From the sequence record SRR20825019_1535: 64,000 nt of DNA. One strand, given 5' to 3'. Each line of letters begins with the position of its first letter. Position 1 is the first letter of the stretch. The notes under the pieces are model-generated. The model saw nothing but the letters and a program-made list of their open reading frames with translations, made no database searches and had not been told where the DNA came from. Positions 30,997 to 41,332 of this stretch are shown here, piece after piece. The position numbers and the translations under genes were made by a program.

Positions 30997-31550
30997 GACT
31001 GCCTCCAGTCGTCTTCATCCACCACCCCGAAATCGAGCGCGGCGCCTTCGGTCAGGGCATAGAGCGCCTTCTTGCCGAGCACAGTCGGCTTCAGCGCGGC
31101 GGCAATGCCCGGCCCGCCCTTTTCTTCCGATATGTCCGCCTCTTCCAGCAGCTTGCCGAGCGGGATCGGCCGGGCGGCTTTCAGGGTCGGCCGGGACAGC
31201 CGGTGCAGCTCTATCCGGGCGACCAGGGTCGGCGCGAACAGGATCGGGCCGACAAGATCGCCGCGCGCCTGCATTGCCCGCAGCCGCTCCAGCGCATCGA
31301 GATCATGCACCAGGAAGGCCGCGCAGGTGCCGCTCTTCAATAGCGGTGCGGAAGCCAGATGATCCGCCGGGATGACGATGTCGAATGCCTCGGCGACAGT
31401 CTCCAGCGGCTCATGCCGGATCGCATCGAAACTGAGCGGCCATGCCGCCGCCTCGATCGTATCCGCATGATCGCCAAGCAGGATCAGGCCGGTCATGTGC
31501 GTATCGGCCATGGGGTCAGGCTCCGCATCGGGAACAGCATTCACACTCAT
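30993..31550 (-). CDS. hypothetical protein
   Basis: ORF translationally coupled to the GT2 gene within the operon. Confidence 0.6.
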   Translation of the reverse strand: MSVNAVPDAEPDPMADTHMTGLILLGDHADTIEAAAWPLSFDAIRHEPLETVAEAFDIVIPADHLASAPLLKSGTCAAFLVHDLDALERLRAMQARGDLVGPILFAPTLVARIELHRLSRPTLKAARPIPLGKLLEEADISEEKGGPGIAAALKPTVLGKKALYALTEGAALDFGVVDEDDWRQS

Positions 31551-31557
31551 TGTCGCG

Positions 31558-32433
31558 TTACCCCGCATTCCGCATGGCATTGCGCACGGCATCCAGAGAA
31601 AGGGCGCCGGGATTGGCCTTCTGAAAAGCGATCACTGCCTGGTCAAGATTCATCCCCAGCCCGTTCTGTGTCTTCAGCCCGCGCGCCGCCGCCAGTTTCA
31701 TCAGCGGGGTTTCCGCCGGCTGATAGATGATGTCATAGACCAGAGCATCCGACGGCAGGGCGGCGATCAGCGCGTCGGCATTCGCCCCAAGCGGTGTGCC
31801 CGCGTCCCCGTCCTGATATCCGGCCGAGGTGCAGTTCACCAGCACACCGCAGTCAGAGAGCAGCTCCGCCGTCAGCGGCAGCGCCGCCGCCGAGACATGC
31901 GCGCCGAGCTTCGCCGCCGCTTCTTCGGCCTTCGCTTTGGTCCGGTTGGCGACCAGCAGCTCTTTCACCGCGTCCGCCAGATAAGCCGCGACCGCGATCC
32001 CGGCCCCGCCAAGCCCGATCAGCACGGCCTTGCGGGAGGCGAGATCCGGCAGCGCGTCCGCGATCTGCGACAGCGCCCCGGCCCCGTCCGTATTGGCGCC
32101 GACCAGCTCGTCCCCGTCCCGGTAAATCGCATTCACCGCACCGATCCGTTCCGCCTCCGGCTCCAGCCGGTCCAGCAGCTTCGCGATCTCCTGCTTGTGC
32201 GGCACCGCGACCGCGCCGCCGATATAGCGGGTGTCGGCTTTCAGTGCCGCCACCAGCCCCGCCAAGTTGTCCGGCGTGACATCCATCGGCACCATCGCGG
32301 CATCGAGGCTGGCAGCCGAGAAAGCGGCGTTCCAGAGCAACGGCGACCGCGCGCCCTTGGACGGCGTCAGCCCGAGAATGGCGGCGAATTTGGCGGTGGA
32401 GATGGTCGGGTCGTTGTCGAGAAAGTCCTGCAC
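31558..32433 (-). CDS. shikimate dehydrogenase family protein
   Basis: SPLLWN, VAVPHK, GAVNAI, NTDGAG, GLGGAG, ANRT, DIIYQP. Confidence 0.85.
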   Translation of the reverse strand: MQDFLDNDPTISTAKFAAILGLTPSKGARSPLLWNAAFSAASLDAAMVPMDVTPDNLAGLVAALKADTRYIGGAVAVPHKQEIAKLLDRLEPEAERIGAVNAIYRDGDELVGANTDGAGALSQIADALPDLASRKAVLIGLGGAGIAVAAYLADAVKELLVANRTKAKAEEAAAKLGAHVSAAALPLTAELLSDCGVLVNCTSAGYQDGDAGTPLGANADALIAALPSDALVYDIIYQPAETPLMKLAAARGLKTQNGLGMNLDQAVIAFQKANPGALSLDAVRNAMRNAG

Positions 32434-32688
32434 GGTGAACCGGTCCCGGTAAGCGTTCGGAAAATGGCAGAATGCCGCCAGAAAAAGCTGGGTGATGGTT
32501 TAGCGCAGATGGGGGCGGGGTGGGAAGGGGGGAGAGTGCGGCAAGGCAGCGGACCGGAATGAAAAGTGTGCATTGATTTCTATTGAAGCACCGCTCCGGA
32601 TTGCCTAGGCTTAACCGCTTTCTCGCCTCGAATCGGCGCCATCCGGCGCCGATTTATGTTTTCTAGGCTGTTCGCCAGGAGCCATGAA

Positions 32689-33999
32689 ATGCTGAAAGCA
32701 TCCCCTGAAGAGTCCGGTTTCGTCGGTCCCGATCTTCGCGCCTTGTCGCGGGAGTTGATGGACTCTCTGCGCGAGATGTCCTTCGACGGCGTCGGCATCA
32801 GCCGGGAGACCTATGGGGCCAAGGAAACCGAGGCTCTTGAGCTGATCGAGGCGACCGCGCACCGATATGGTCTGGAGACCGCCTGGGATCGGGCGCGGAA
32901 TCTCCGGATCTGGTTGCCCGGCAAGGACGCGTCGCTGCCGGTCGTCGCCACCGGCTCGCACATGGACAGCGTACCGCAAGGCGGGAACTATGACGGGGCG
33001 GCAGGTGTCATTGCCGGCCTTGCTGCCCTGATCGCGGCGAAAGAACGGGGCCAGCCCAACCGGACGCTGGAGCTTTACGCCCTCCGGGGGGAGGAGAGCG
33101 CATGGTTCGGCGGTCCCTGCTATTTCGGCTCTCGGGCCATATTCGGTCTTCTGGAAGAGGCGGATCTGGCGAGCAGGCACAGGGACGGGAAGGCCACCCT
33201 GGCGCAGCAGATGGCGGCCTGCGGGGTGGATATGGGGCTTGTCGAGCGGCAGGAGCCGATCCGGCAGCCCGAGGATTTTCATGCCTGGGTCGAGCTGCAT
33301 ATCGAGCAGGGGCCGGTCCTGGTCGCCAAGGAGAGCCCGGTTGGTATCGTCACGGGCATTCGCGGGAATATCCGTCATCGCCGGGTGATCTGCCGGGGGC
33401 AGCCGGCCCATTCCGGTGCGGTGCCGCGCTGGTTGCGTCACGACGCCGTGCTCGCCATGTCCGAGCTTCTGATGCGTCTGGACGAGCATTGGCGGATCCT
33501 CCTGGCCTGGGGCGAGGATCTCGTCTTCACGACCGGCATCGTGGAGACGGATCCGCGCGAGCATGCGGTCTCCCGCGTGCCCGGTTATGTCAGCTTCGCC
33601 GTGGAATTTCGCAGCCAGGATGCCAAGACGCTGGAGAATTTCAGCCGCATCCTGGAAACCGAGTGCGAGAAGATCGGTGGCGAACGCGGTGTGACCTTCG
33701 AGCTCGGGGACGCCGTATCGTCGCAGCCCGCCCGCATGTCGCAGCCATTGGTCGCCCTTGCCGAGGCGCAGGCCAAAGCGGCGGGGATCGGCTATGAGGT
33801 GATGCCGTCCGGGGCCGGTCACGACACGGCGGTCTTCGCCAATAAGGGGGTGCCGTCGACGATGATCTTCGTCCGCAACGAGCACGGCAGCCACAATCCG
33901 GACGAGCATATGGAGATGGACGATTTCTATGCGGGCGCGGAAGTGCTCGCACGGGTCATGATTGCCGCCGCGGATGCGGAAGAGGATAGCTTCAAATGA
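32689..33999 (+). CDS. Zn-dependent M20 amidohydrolase (N-carbamoyl-amino acid/allantoate hydrolase family)
   Basis: GSHMDSVPQGGNYDG, GEES, ELHIEQGP, SGAGHD, SHNPDE. Confidence 0.9.
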   Translation: MLKASPEESGFVGPDLRALSRELMDSLREMSFDGVGISRETYGAKETEALELIEATAHRYGLETAWDRARNLRIWLPGKDASLPVVATGSHMDSVPQGGNYDGAAGVIAGLAALIAAKERGQPNRTLELYALRGEESAWFGGPCYFGSRAIFGLLEEADLASRHRDGKATLAQQMAACGVDMGLVERQEPIRQPEDFHAWVELHIEQGPVLVAKESPVGIVTGIRGNIRHRRVICRGQPAHSGAVPRWLRHDAVLAMSELLMRLDEHWRILLAWGEDLVFTTGIVETDPREHAVSRVPGYVSFAVEFRSQDAKTLENFSRILETECEKIGGERGVTFELGDAVSSQPARMSQPLVALAEAQAKAAGIGYEVMPSGAGHDTAVFANKGVPSTMIFVRNEHGSHNPDEHMEMDDFYAGAEVLARVMIAAADAEEDSFK

Positions 34000-34655
34000 G
34001 TATTTCGCCTGAACAGACACCCGCCCGCGAGGCGGCGAAGATCATCCTGGATGGCGGCGCGGTCCATGTCCGTACCGGCGGCGAGCCCTATTTCTTCTCC
34101 TCCGGCTGGGCGAGCCCGCTTTTCATCGATCTGAAACGGCTGATCTCGGTGCCGCAGGCGAGAGACCGGCTGATCGATCTGATGCTGGGTCACATCCGGT
34201 CGATCTATGGTGATGACGGTTTCGACCAGATCGCCGGGTGCGAGCTTGCCGGCGTGCCCTTCGCGACCATCGCCGCCCACAGACTGGGCCTGCCGCTGGT
34301 GATCGCGCTGAAACAGGCGCGCGGCTTCGACCGTCTCTCCCAGTGCGAAGGGACGTTCGAGCCCGGAACGAGGACATTGCTTCTCGATGATCTGACGACG
34401 GACGGAAAAACAAAGGCGAATTTCAAGGATGCGCTGGAGCGTGCCCAGGCGGATGTCGTCGGTATCTTCGTGCTGTTCAATTACGGCATTTTCCCGGCCG
34501 CACCGGAGGTGGGATCGCTGACCTGTCTGACCGATCTCATCGCGGTTGCCGAGGCGGAAGAAAACCTCGGAGAGGGAGCGCTTGCCCAGATCAAGGCCTT
34601 TGCCGAGGATGCCGCGCACTGGTCCCGGTTCCATGGCGGTATCGGACGGACTTGA
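33996..34655 (+). CDS. pyrE: orotate phosphoribosyltransferase-like protein
   Basis: SSGWASPLFID, PRPP motif LLDDLTTDG. Confidence 0.75.
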   Translation: MSISPEQTPAREAAKIILDGGAVHVRTGGEPYFFSSGWASPLFIDLKRLISVPQARDRLIDLMLGHIRSIYGDDGFDQIAGCELAGVPFATIAAHRLGLPLVIALKQARGFDRLSQCEGTFEPGTRTLLLDDLTTDGKTKANFKDALERAQADVVGIFVLFNYGIFPAAPEVGSLTCLTDLIAVAEAEENLGEGALAQIKAFAEDAAHWSRFHGGIGRT

Positions 34656-34804
34656 TCCTGGGTTCCGTCTTTCGGCGGTATGGCGATGAAGGGGAACAGA
34701 TTGTCCGCGCCTGCGAACAATCCCCCTCTCCCAATCTGTTATCATCATCCCATCTCTCATGAAGCATGGCCATTCCGCCGCGCCCTGAGTTTTGGAGAAA
34801 TCCC

Positions 34805-35725
34805 ATGTCCGTTCGCGCCGTGAAATCCGAGTCCCGTGCCCAGCCGACCATGGAAGGCGCAGGCGTACATCTGCACCGGGTGTTCGGGTTCGGGGATACG
34901 TCCGAGACCGATCCGTTCCTGATGATGGACGATTTCCGCAATGACGATCCGGCGAAATACGCCGCCGGTTTCCCCTGGCATCCGCATCGCGGTATCGAGA
35001 CCATCACCTATGTGCTGGCGGGCGAGGTCGAGCACGGCGATTCCCTCGGCAATCACGGCGTGCTCGGCGCAGGCTCGGTGCAGTGGATGACGGCGGGGTC
35101 GGGCATCATGCATCAGGAGATGCCGCGCGGGAATGCGAGCGGCCAGATGCACGGCTTCCAGCTCTGGGCCAATTTGCCGTCCGCGCACAAGATGACAACG
35201 CCGCGCTATCAGGATATTTCCGGTGGCGACATCCCGGAAATCACGGACGATGACGGCACGAAAGTGAAGATCATCACCGGGAATTTCTGGGGCAAGCGCG
35301 GCCCGGTGGACGGCATCGCCGCCGATCCGCTCTATCTCGACATCTCGGTGCCGCCGAACACGACCAGACGCCTGCCGGTGGACACAAGCGCGAACGCCTT
35401 CGCCTATATCTTCGCCGGCGCCGGACGGTTCCGGGACGCATCCAACCCGGTAGGTGTGCTGGTGGAGAAGGAATTCGCCGGCGAGGAGATGACCCTGCGC
35501 GACATGTCCGGCAACCGCACGCTGGTGAAGTTCGACAGCGGCGACGAGATCAGCGTCACAGCAGGGCCGGAAGGCATCCGCTTCCTGCTCGTCGCCGGAA
35601 AGCCGATCAGGGAGCCGGTCGCCTGGCACGGCCCGATCGTGATGAACACGAAGGAAGAGCTGAGGCAGGCCATCAACGACCTGAATAACGGGACTTTCAT
35701 CCGCGAGGGCGCGACGGGGATTTGA
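34805..35725 (+). CDS. pirin family protein
   Basis: DPFLMMDDF, GFPWHPHRGIETITY, QWMTAGSGIMHQE, GPIVMNT. Confidence 0.95.
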   Translation: MSVRAVKSESRAQPTMEGAGVHLHRVFGFGDTSETDPFLMMDDFRNDDPAKYAAGFPWHPHRGIETITYVLAGEVEHGDSLGNHGVLGAGSVQWMTAGSGIMHQEMPRGNASGQMHGFQLWANLPSAHKMTTPRYQDISGGDIPEITDDDGTKVKIITGNFWGKRGPVDGIAADPLYLDISVPPNTTRRLPVDTSANAFAYIFAGAGRFRDASNPVGVLVEKEFAGEEMTLRDMSGNRTLVKFDSGDEISVTAGPEGIRFLLVAGKPIREPVAWHGPIVMNTKEELRQAINDLNNGTFIREGATGI

Positions 35726-35811
35726 GGCGCCTAAAACAGAGTTGATGCCGTTTTTTGGTGGGAAGCGGTGCGGTTAGGATGCTGAACGCTGAGCAGGGCG
35801 TTAGTGTAATC

Positions 35812-36588
35812 TCAGCTGTTCAGGATCTCCAGGGCGGCGTCGTGCACCCGTTTGTCGCCCGCGGCGCAGATCCGGTTGGTCGAGCCCGGTGCGGGGCGGT
35901 TGCCTTCCCAGTCGGTGACGATGCCGCCTGCGGCTTCGATCACCGGGACCACGGCGAGGAAGTCGTAATCCTGCAGGCCGGCCTCGACGCAGAGGTCGAC
36001 ATGGCCTCCTGCGAGAGTCGCGAAGTTGTGGCAGTCTCCGCCATAGACCTGATAGCGGGTGCCGGCGCAGAGCTTGGCGTAGATCTCTTCGGCGCCCTCG
36101 AACATGCTGGGCGAGGTGGCGGCGAGGATGGCATTGGAGAGCTGCTCGCAAGGGCGGACTGACACCGGGGAGCCGTTCAGGCGGGCCATGTAGTCCCGGC
36201 CACCGATCCAGCGTTCGTCCAGCACGGGCATGTCGATCACGCCGAGTACGGGGGCGCCGTTCTCGACCAGACCGATCAGGGTGCCGAAGCGCGGGCTGCC
36301 GGTGATGAAGGCCTTGGTGCCGTCGATCGGGTCGAGCGACCAGACGAATTCCGCATCCTCGCGGAGCTTGCCGAATTCCTCGCCGGCGATGCCGTGCTCC
36401 GGAAAGCGTTCCTCGATCAGCGCGCGCATGGCCCGTTCCGCGCCACGGTCGGCCACGGTCACCGGGCTTTCGTCGGCCTTGGCTTCGATATTGACGCCGA
36501 AATTGTGGTAGCGGCGGATGACTCCGCGGGCGGCATCGGCGAGAGAGGCGGCGAAGCTGGCAAGCTCTGAGGTGGAAGGCCGTGTCAC
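35812..36588 (-). CDS. hisN: inositol monophosphatase family / histidinol-phosphatase
   Basis: SPVTVADR, GEEFG, LDPIDGTKAF, GGIVTDWEG. Confidence 0.8.
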   Translation of the reverse strand: MTRPSTSELASFAASLADAARGVIRRYHNFGVNIEAKADESPVTVADRGAERAMRALIEERFPEHGIAGEEFGKLREDAEFVWSLDPIDGTKAFITGSPRFGTLIGLVENGAPVLGVIDMPVLDERWIGGRDYMARLNGSPVSVRPCEQLSNAILAATSPSMFEGAEEIYAKLCAGTRYQVYGGDCHNFATLAGGHVDLCVEAGLQDYDFLAVVPVIEAAGGIVTDWEGNRPAPGSTNRICAAGDKRVHDAALEILNS

Positions 36589-36606
36589 GTTTTATCTCCC
36601 AAAATG

Positions 36607-36636
36607 AAAAAGCCGGGCCACAGTGCGGCCCGGCTT
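36607..36636 (-). terminator. rho-independent terminator after cytochrome c
   Basis: aagccgggcc-N7-ggcccggctt stem followed by TTTTT on the minus strand. Confidence 0.75.
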
Positions 36637-36657
36637 GATTCATAAATCAGTCGGTGA

Positions 36658-37260
36658 TCAGCCGCCGGAAGCAGCTTTGAACGCGTCTTCCGCAGCCTGG
36701 ATTTCCTCGGCCGTCGGCAGCGCTGCCGGGCTGTCCGCGAGTGTGCGCAGATAAGCAACGAGGTCGGCGCGCTGGGAAGCTTTCTTGATGCCGGCGAAGT
36801 TCATCTTCGTGCCCGGCGCATAATCCTTCGGCTTCTTCAGGAAGTGGTTCAGCGATGTGTAAGACCAGTGGTCGTTCTCGCCGGACGTCAAGAGCGCGTC
36901 GGAATAGGAGAAGTCGGCATGGTGCCCCTTGGCGGCCATCACGACACCGTAGAGGTTCGGGCCGACCTTGTTCGGGCCGCCCTTGTCGAAGCTGTGGCAG
37001 GCCGCGCATTTCTTCGCGATCTTCTGACCGGAGGCCGGGTCGGCGCTGGCGAGAAGGCCGAGGATCGGCTCGATCGGAGCGGGTCCGGCCGGCTCGGCAG
37101 CGGCGGTGGCGCCGCCTTCGGGGACTTCGACGGTATAGGCGTTGGTTTCAAGATGCTCGGGGTGCACCAGCACGCCCGCAAACTTGCCGACGCCCATCAG
37201 GAGCAATCCGCCACACAAAACGCCCGCGGCCAGCTTGTTGAATTCCAGAGAAGATGACAT
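36658..37260 (-). CDS. cycM: membrane-anchored cytochrome c (CycM/cY type)
   Basis: N-terminal anchor, CAACH, GPNLYGVV, PGTKMNFAG; conserved cyc-kdsB-pheA layout. Confidence 0.88.
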   Translation of the reverse strand: MSSSLEFNKLAAGVLCGGLLLMGVGKFAGVLVHPEHLETNAYTVEVPEGGATAAAEPAGPAPIEPILGLLASADPASGQKIAKKCAACHSFDKGGPNKVGPNLYGVVMAAKGHHADFSYSDALLTSGENDHWSYTSLNHFLKKPKDYAPGTKMNFAGIKKASQRADLVAYLRTLADSPAALPTAEEIQAAEDAFKAASGG

Positions 37261-37529
37261 GCCGAACCTCGTTCCGCCTTTGTTTCCCGCCGCGTCAGCT
37301 CCCGGAAAGGCTCCGCGCGGCCCAGCTATCTCATATACAGGCTATCTCGCCAAATTCGGCAGGCGACAGCCCTTTAACAGTTTCCTATAAGGTTCCGCCC
37401 TCTAAGACGCAAGTCCGGACATTCATCAACATGCGCGGAGGGCGGCCTGGCCGCGCGACATTTCGCCGCAAGAAATGGTAAAAAATGCGACGTCCGGCCA
37501 GGAGTGGAATTGAGAAGTGCGAGTGTCAA

Positions 37530-38285
37530 ATGGCTGAAAACAAAGCGCCGTCTAACCCGATTGTCCTGATCCCCGCCCGCATGAAGTCGGAGCGGTTGCC
37601 GAACAAGCCGCTCGCCCTGATCGCGGGCGAGCCGATGATCGTGCATGTGATGCGCCGTGCGGAGGAAGCTGGCCTTGGCCGTGTCGCGATCGCCTGCGCC
37701 GAGCAGGAAATCGCCGACGCGGTGCGCGCTCATGGCGGGGAAGCCGTGCTGACCGACCCCGGCCATCCTTCCGGCTCCGACCGGATCTGGGAGGCGCTGC
37801 TGAAGCTCGATCCCGACGGCAAACACGACGCCATCGTCAATATTCAGGGCGATCTGCCGGTGCTCGATCCGGCCGTGCCGCGCGCGGCGCTGGCCATGCT
37901 GGACCGGGCGGAAGTCGATATCGGCGCGCCTGCGGCGCCGATCGTGGACGAGGATGACATCACCAATCCGAGCGTGACCAAACCGGTGGTGGCCTGGGAG
38001 GCGGATGGCAGCCGGGGCCGGGCGCTCTATTTCAGCCGGGCCACGGTGCCGTATGGGCCGGGGCCGCTGTTTCACTTCATCGGGCTCTATGCCTATCGCC
38101 GGTCCGCGCTGGAGCGCTTCGTCAAATTGCCGCCCTCCGCGCTGGAGCTGCGCGAGAAGCTGGAGCAGCTCCGGCCGCTGGAAGCGGGCATGCGGATCGA
38201 CGTGGCCCGCGTTGACACGGTTCCGCTCGGTGTCGATACTCCGGCGGACTTGGAAAAAGCCCGCAGAATTCTTGCAAAATCCTGA
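37530..38285 (+). CDS. kdsB: 3-deoxy-manno-octulosonate cytidylyltransferase
   Basis: [40 protein letters not shown]. Confidence 0.93.
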   Translation: MAENKAPSNPIVLIPARMKSERLPNKPLALIAGEPMIVHVMRRAEEAGLGRVAIACAEQEIADAVRAHGGEAVLTDPGHPSGSDRIWEALLKLDPDGKHDAIVNIQGDLPVLDPAVPRAALAMLDRAEVDIGAPAAPIVDEDDITNPSVTKPVVAWEADGSRGRALYFSRATVPYGPGPLFHFIGLYAYRRSALERFVKLPPSALELREKLEQLRPLEAGMRIDVARVDTVPLGVDTPADLEKARRILAKS

Positions 38286-38304
38286 ACCTGAAAGTTCCCG
38301 ACCC

Positions 38305-39174
38305 GTGTCCGAGCAAAAGCAGAAAATCGCCTTCCAGGGCGAACTAGGCGCCAACTCCCACATGGCCTGTCAGGCCGTCCGCCCCGACCTGGAGCCGCTG
38401 CCCTGCCCGAGCTTTGAGGACATGCTGGACGCGGTGAAGAATGGGGACGCGCTGTGCGCCATGGTGCCGGTGGAGAATTCCGTCGCCGGCCGCGTCGCCG
38501 ACATCCATCACCTGCTGCCGGAATCCGGGCTCTATATCATCGGTGAGCATTACCAGCGCATCAACGCCATGCTGCTCGGCGTGCCGGGCACGAAAATCTC
38601 GGACGTGAAGGAGATCCGCTCCCACGTCCATGCGCTGGCCCAGTCCCGCAAACTGATGGCCGAACTCGGCGCCCGCCCGGTGCAGCATTCCGATACCGCC
38701 GGTGCCGCCCGCTCCATTGCCGAGCTGGGCGACAAGACCATCGCCGCCATCGGCCCGAAACTGGCGGCCGAGATCTATGGTCTGGAAATTCTGCGCGAAG
38801 GCGTGGAGGACGCGGAGCACAACACCACCCGCTTCCTGCTCATGGCCCGCGAGGGCGTGGTGCCGCCGGCCGGCAACGGCCCCTGCGTGACCACGGCCAT
38901 CTTCCGGGTGCGCAGCGTACCCGCCGCGCTCTACAAGGCGCTCGGCGGTTTCGCCACCAACGGCATCAACCTGACCAAGCTGGAATCCTATCTGGTCGAT
39001 GGCAGCTTCTCGGCGGCGCAATTCTATGTCGACGCCGAAGGCCATCCCGAAGAGACCCCGCTGAAGCTGGCGCTGGAAGAATTGCAGTTCTTCTGCCCGA
39101 AAGGCGCGGTCAAGATCCTCGGCACCTATCCGGCCCATCCGTTCCGGCTGGAGCAGGCCAAGAACGGCAACTGA
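38305..39174 (+). CDS. pheA: prephenate dehydratase
   Basis: IAFQGELGANS, PVENSVAG, NTTRF, NLTKLES (ACT domain). Confidence 0.93.
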   Translation: MSEQKQKIAFQGELGANSHMACQAVRPDLEPLPCPSFEDMLDAVKNGDALCAMVPVENSVAGRVADIHHLLPESGLYIIGEHYQRINAMLLGVPGTKISDVKEIRSHVHALAQSRKLMAELGARPVQHSDTAGAARSIAELGDKTIAAIGPKLAAEIYGLEILREGVEDAEHNTTRFLLMAREGVVPPAGNGPCVTTAIFRVRSVPAALYKALGGFATNGINLTKLESYLVDGSFSAAQFYVDAEGHPEETPLKLALEELQFFCPKGAVKILGTYPAHPFRLEQAKNGN

Positions 39175-39230
39175 CCTGCCCGAAAAACAACACCGCAAGA
39201 CAGCAAAATCGCAAACCAAGGGAGCATCAC

Positions 39231-39527
39231 ATGCCTTACGCCATCATTGCCCGGGACAAGCCCGGTGCCCTCGACAAGCGCATGGAACACCGTCCGGCGC
39301 ATATCGAGTACCTCAAGTCCAAGCTGGACCTGATCATGGCCGGCGGCGCCACCACCGGCGGGCCGGACGACAGCATGGATGGCAGCGTCCTGATCCTCGA
39401 TACCGAGGACCGCGCCGTGGCCGAGGATTTCGCCAGGAACGATCCCTTCGCCCTCAACGGCGTGTTCGAGGCCGTCATCGTGACCCCGTGGCGCAAGACC
39501 ATCTGGGACAAGGCGCTGCAGGGCTAA
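39231..39527 (+). CDS. YciI family protein
   Basis: RPAHIEYL, GSVLI, DPF. Confidence 0.9.
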   Translation: MPYAIIARDKPGALDKRMEHRPAHIEYLKSKLDLIMAGGATTGGPDDSMDGSVLILDTEDRAVAEDFARNDPFALNGVFEAVIVTPWRKTIWDKALQG

Positions 39528-39566
39528 AGCGCGGCACGCACTGCCGTCACCACCATCACTTTCCAC

Positions 39567-39594
39567 CGTCACCCCGGCGCAGGCCGGGGTGACG
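39567..39594. repeat. REP-like palindrome between convergent genes
   Basis: cgtcaccccggc-gcag-gccggggtgacg perfect stem; first 20 nt identical to 45969-45988. Confidence 0.8.
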
Positions 39595-39609
39595 ATCCGA
39601 GCTGTGTTC

Positions 39610-40002
39610 CTAAATCGCCGCCGCCCGCGTTCCGCGCCAGACGATCCAGGTGAACAGGAACATGTTCGCGAACAGAGACGTCGAGAAAAGCGCCGCGATC
39701 GGATCCCCTAGTTCCGGGTTCGAGCCCGAATAGATCAGGTGCAAGCCGACGATCATGCCGATCAGGGCAATATGCGCCACCGCAGCATGGATCTTCGGCA
39801 GCAGGCCCGCCGCCGCGCCCGGCCAGAGCTTGTAAAACGTGGCATAGAGCATCATCCCGACCCAGCCGAACAGCATGAGATGCGCGTGCGTCGGCATCTG
39901 CCCGTGATCCTGTGACGCTGCCATGTGAATGCCAAGCGCCATGCCGGCGATGGCATAGAGAACGGACGCCCGGACAAAATGGGCGGCAAGCCTGTCAGTC
40001 AT
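39610..40002 (-). CDS. small 4-TM membrane protein
   Basis: GMALGIHMA...PTHAHLMLFGW pattern, hydrophobic. Confidence 0.75.
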   Translation of the reverse strand: MTDRLAAHFVRASVLYAIAGMALGIHMAASQDHGQMPTHAHLMLFGWVGMMLYATFYKLWPGAAAGLLPKIHAAVAHIALIGMIVGLHLIYSGSNPELGDPIAALFSTSLFANMFLFTWIVWRGTRAAAI

Positions 40003-40254
40003 GCGAATATCTCCCCCAAGAGCCGGCGCGTTGACCGGCGGCCGCAAAATTTGTGCGTGATCAGATTTTGCGCCAAGGCGCCGGGCTTGGCGAGAGACAA
40101 GTATGGGTTACAGTGGTTTATATGCTCAGCGCGCATTTCTTGCGGCCCTGGCAGCAGGACCCGGTGTCAAACGCGGCCATGGACGGCAGCTTTCCGATCC
40201 CCGACACTGCAGGCTGTGCCATCGCCGTTCGAGCGCAGACGAGGAGGCCAGGGC

Positions 40255-41310
40255 ATGCAAAAACTCAGGATCGCGGTTGCCGGTGCCGGGGTGATCGGGC
40301 GGGAGCATTGCACGCTGATCGCGGGCCATCCGGGGGCGGAGATCGCGGGTATTGCCGACCCGGCGCCCGAAGCGCGGGCGCTTGCGGAGAGCCTCGGCGT
40401 ACCGCATTTCGGCGATCTGGAGACCATGCTGGATGCGGTGAAACCGGACGGGGCGATCGTCGCCCTGCCGACCGGGCTGCATAAATCCGCCGCTCTCGCC
40501 TGTATCGAGCGCGGCATCCCGAGCCTGATGGAAAAGCCGGTCGCGGCTACCCTCGCCGACGCCTTCGAGATGGCGCGGGCGAGCGAGGCTGCCGGTGTCC
40601 CCATTCTCGTCGGCCACCACCGCCGCCACAGCACGGATATCAGGGAAGCCCGGCGGGTGGTGCGAAGCGGCACGCTCGGCCGGATCGTGACGGTCAACGG
40701 CATGTCCTGGGTGGACAAGCCCGACAGCTATTTCGACGTCGCCTGGCGGCGGGAGCCGGGTGGCGGCACGCTGTTGATCAACCTGATCCACGATGTCGAT
40801 TGCCTGCGCTTCATCCTGGGCGAAATCCGCCGGGTCAGCGCCTTTGTCTCGAACGATGTGCGCGGGCTTGGCGTTGAGGACACGGCCAGCGTGTCCTTCG
40901 AGTTCGACAGCGGCGTGCTCGGCAGTTTCACCATCAGCGACGCGGTCGCCTCGCCCTATAGCTGGGAGAGGACTTCCGGCCAGGCGCTGTATTTTCCGCA
41001 TCAGCCGGGGAACTATCTTTTCATCGGCGGCCGCGCGGGATCCTTCGAGGTCCCGGGCATGGCGCTCTGGTCGCATGGCCCGGACGGCGGGGACTGGCAG
41101 GACAGGCTTGAACGGGAAATCCTGCCGCTCGACGGCAGCCAGACCTACGAAAATCAGCTCGCGCACTTCCTGAAGGTGATCACCGGAGACGAAGCACCGG
41201 TGATCGACGCGGCAGACGCCGCCCGGTCGCTCGCCGTTATCCTCGCCGTGAAGATTGCTGCCGGGGAAAAGCGGGTGGTGGATATCGCGGAGCTGCTGGA
41301 GGAAGTGTAG
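40255..41310 (+). CDS. Gfo/Idh/MocA family oxidoreductase
   Basis: AGAGVIG, MEKPVA, GHHRRH, GGG..INLIHDVD; RBS GAGGAGG. Confidence 0.92.
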   Translation: MQKLRIAVAGAGVIGREHCTLIAGHPGAEIAGIADPAPEARALAESLGVPHFGDLETMLDAVKPDGAIVALPTGLHKSAALACIERGIPSLMEKPVAATLADAFEMARASEAAGVPILVGHHRRHSTDIREARRVVRSGTLGRIVTVNGMSWVDKPDSYFDVAWRREPGGGTLLINLIHDVDCLRFILGEIRRVSAFVSNDVRGLGVEDTASVSFEFDSGVLGSFTISDAVASPYSWERTSGQALYFPHQPGNYLFIGGRAGSFEVPGMALWSHGPDGGDWQDRLEREILPLDGSQTYENQLAHFLKVITGDEAPVIDAADAARSLAVILAVKIAAGEKRVVDIAELLEEV

Positions 41311-41332
41311 GGCAGCGGCCTCCGCGTACCCG

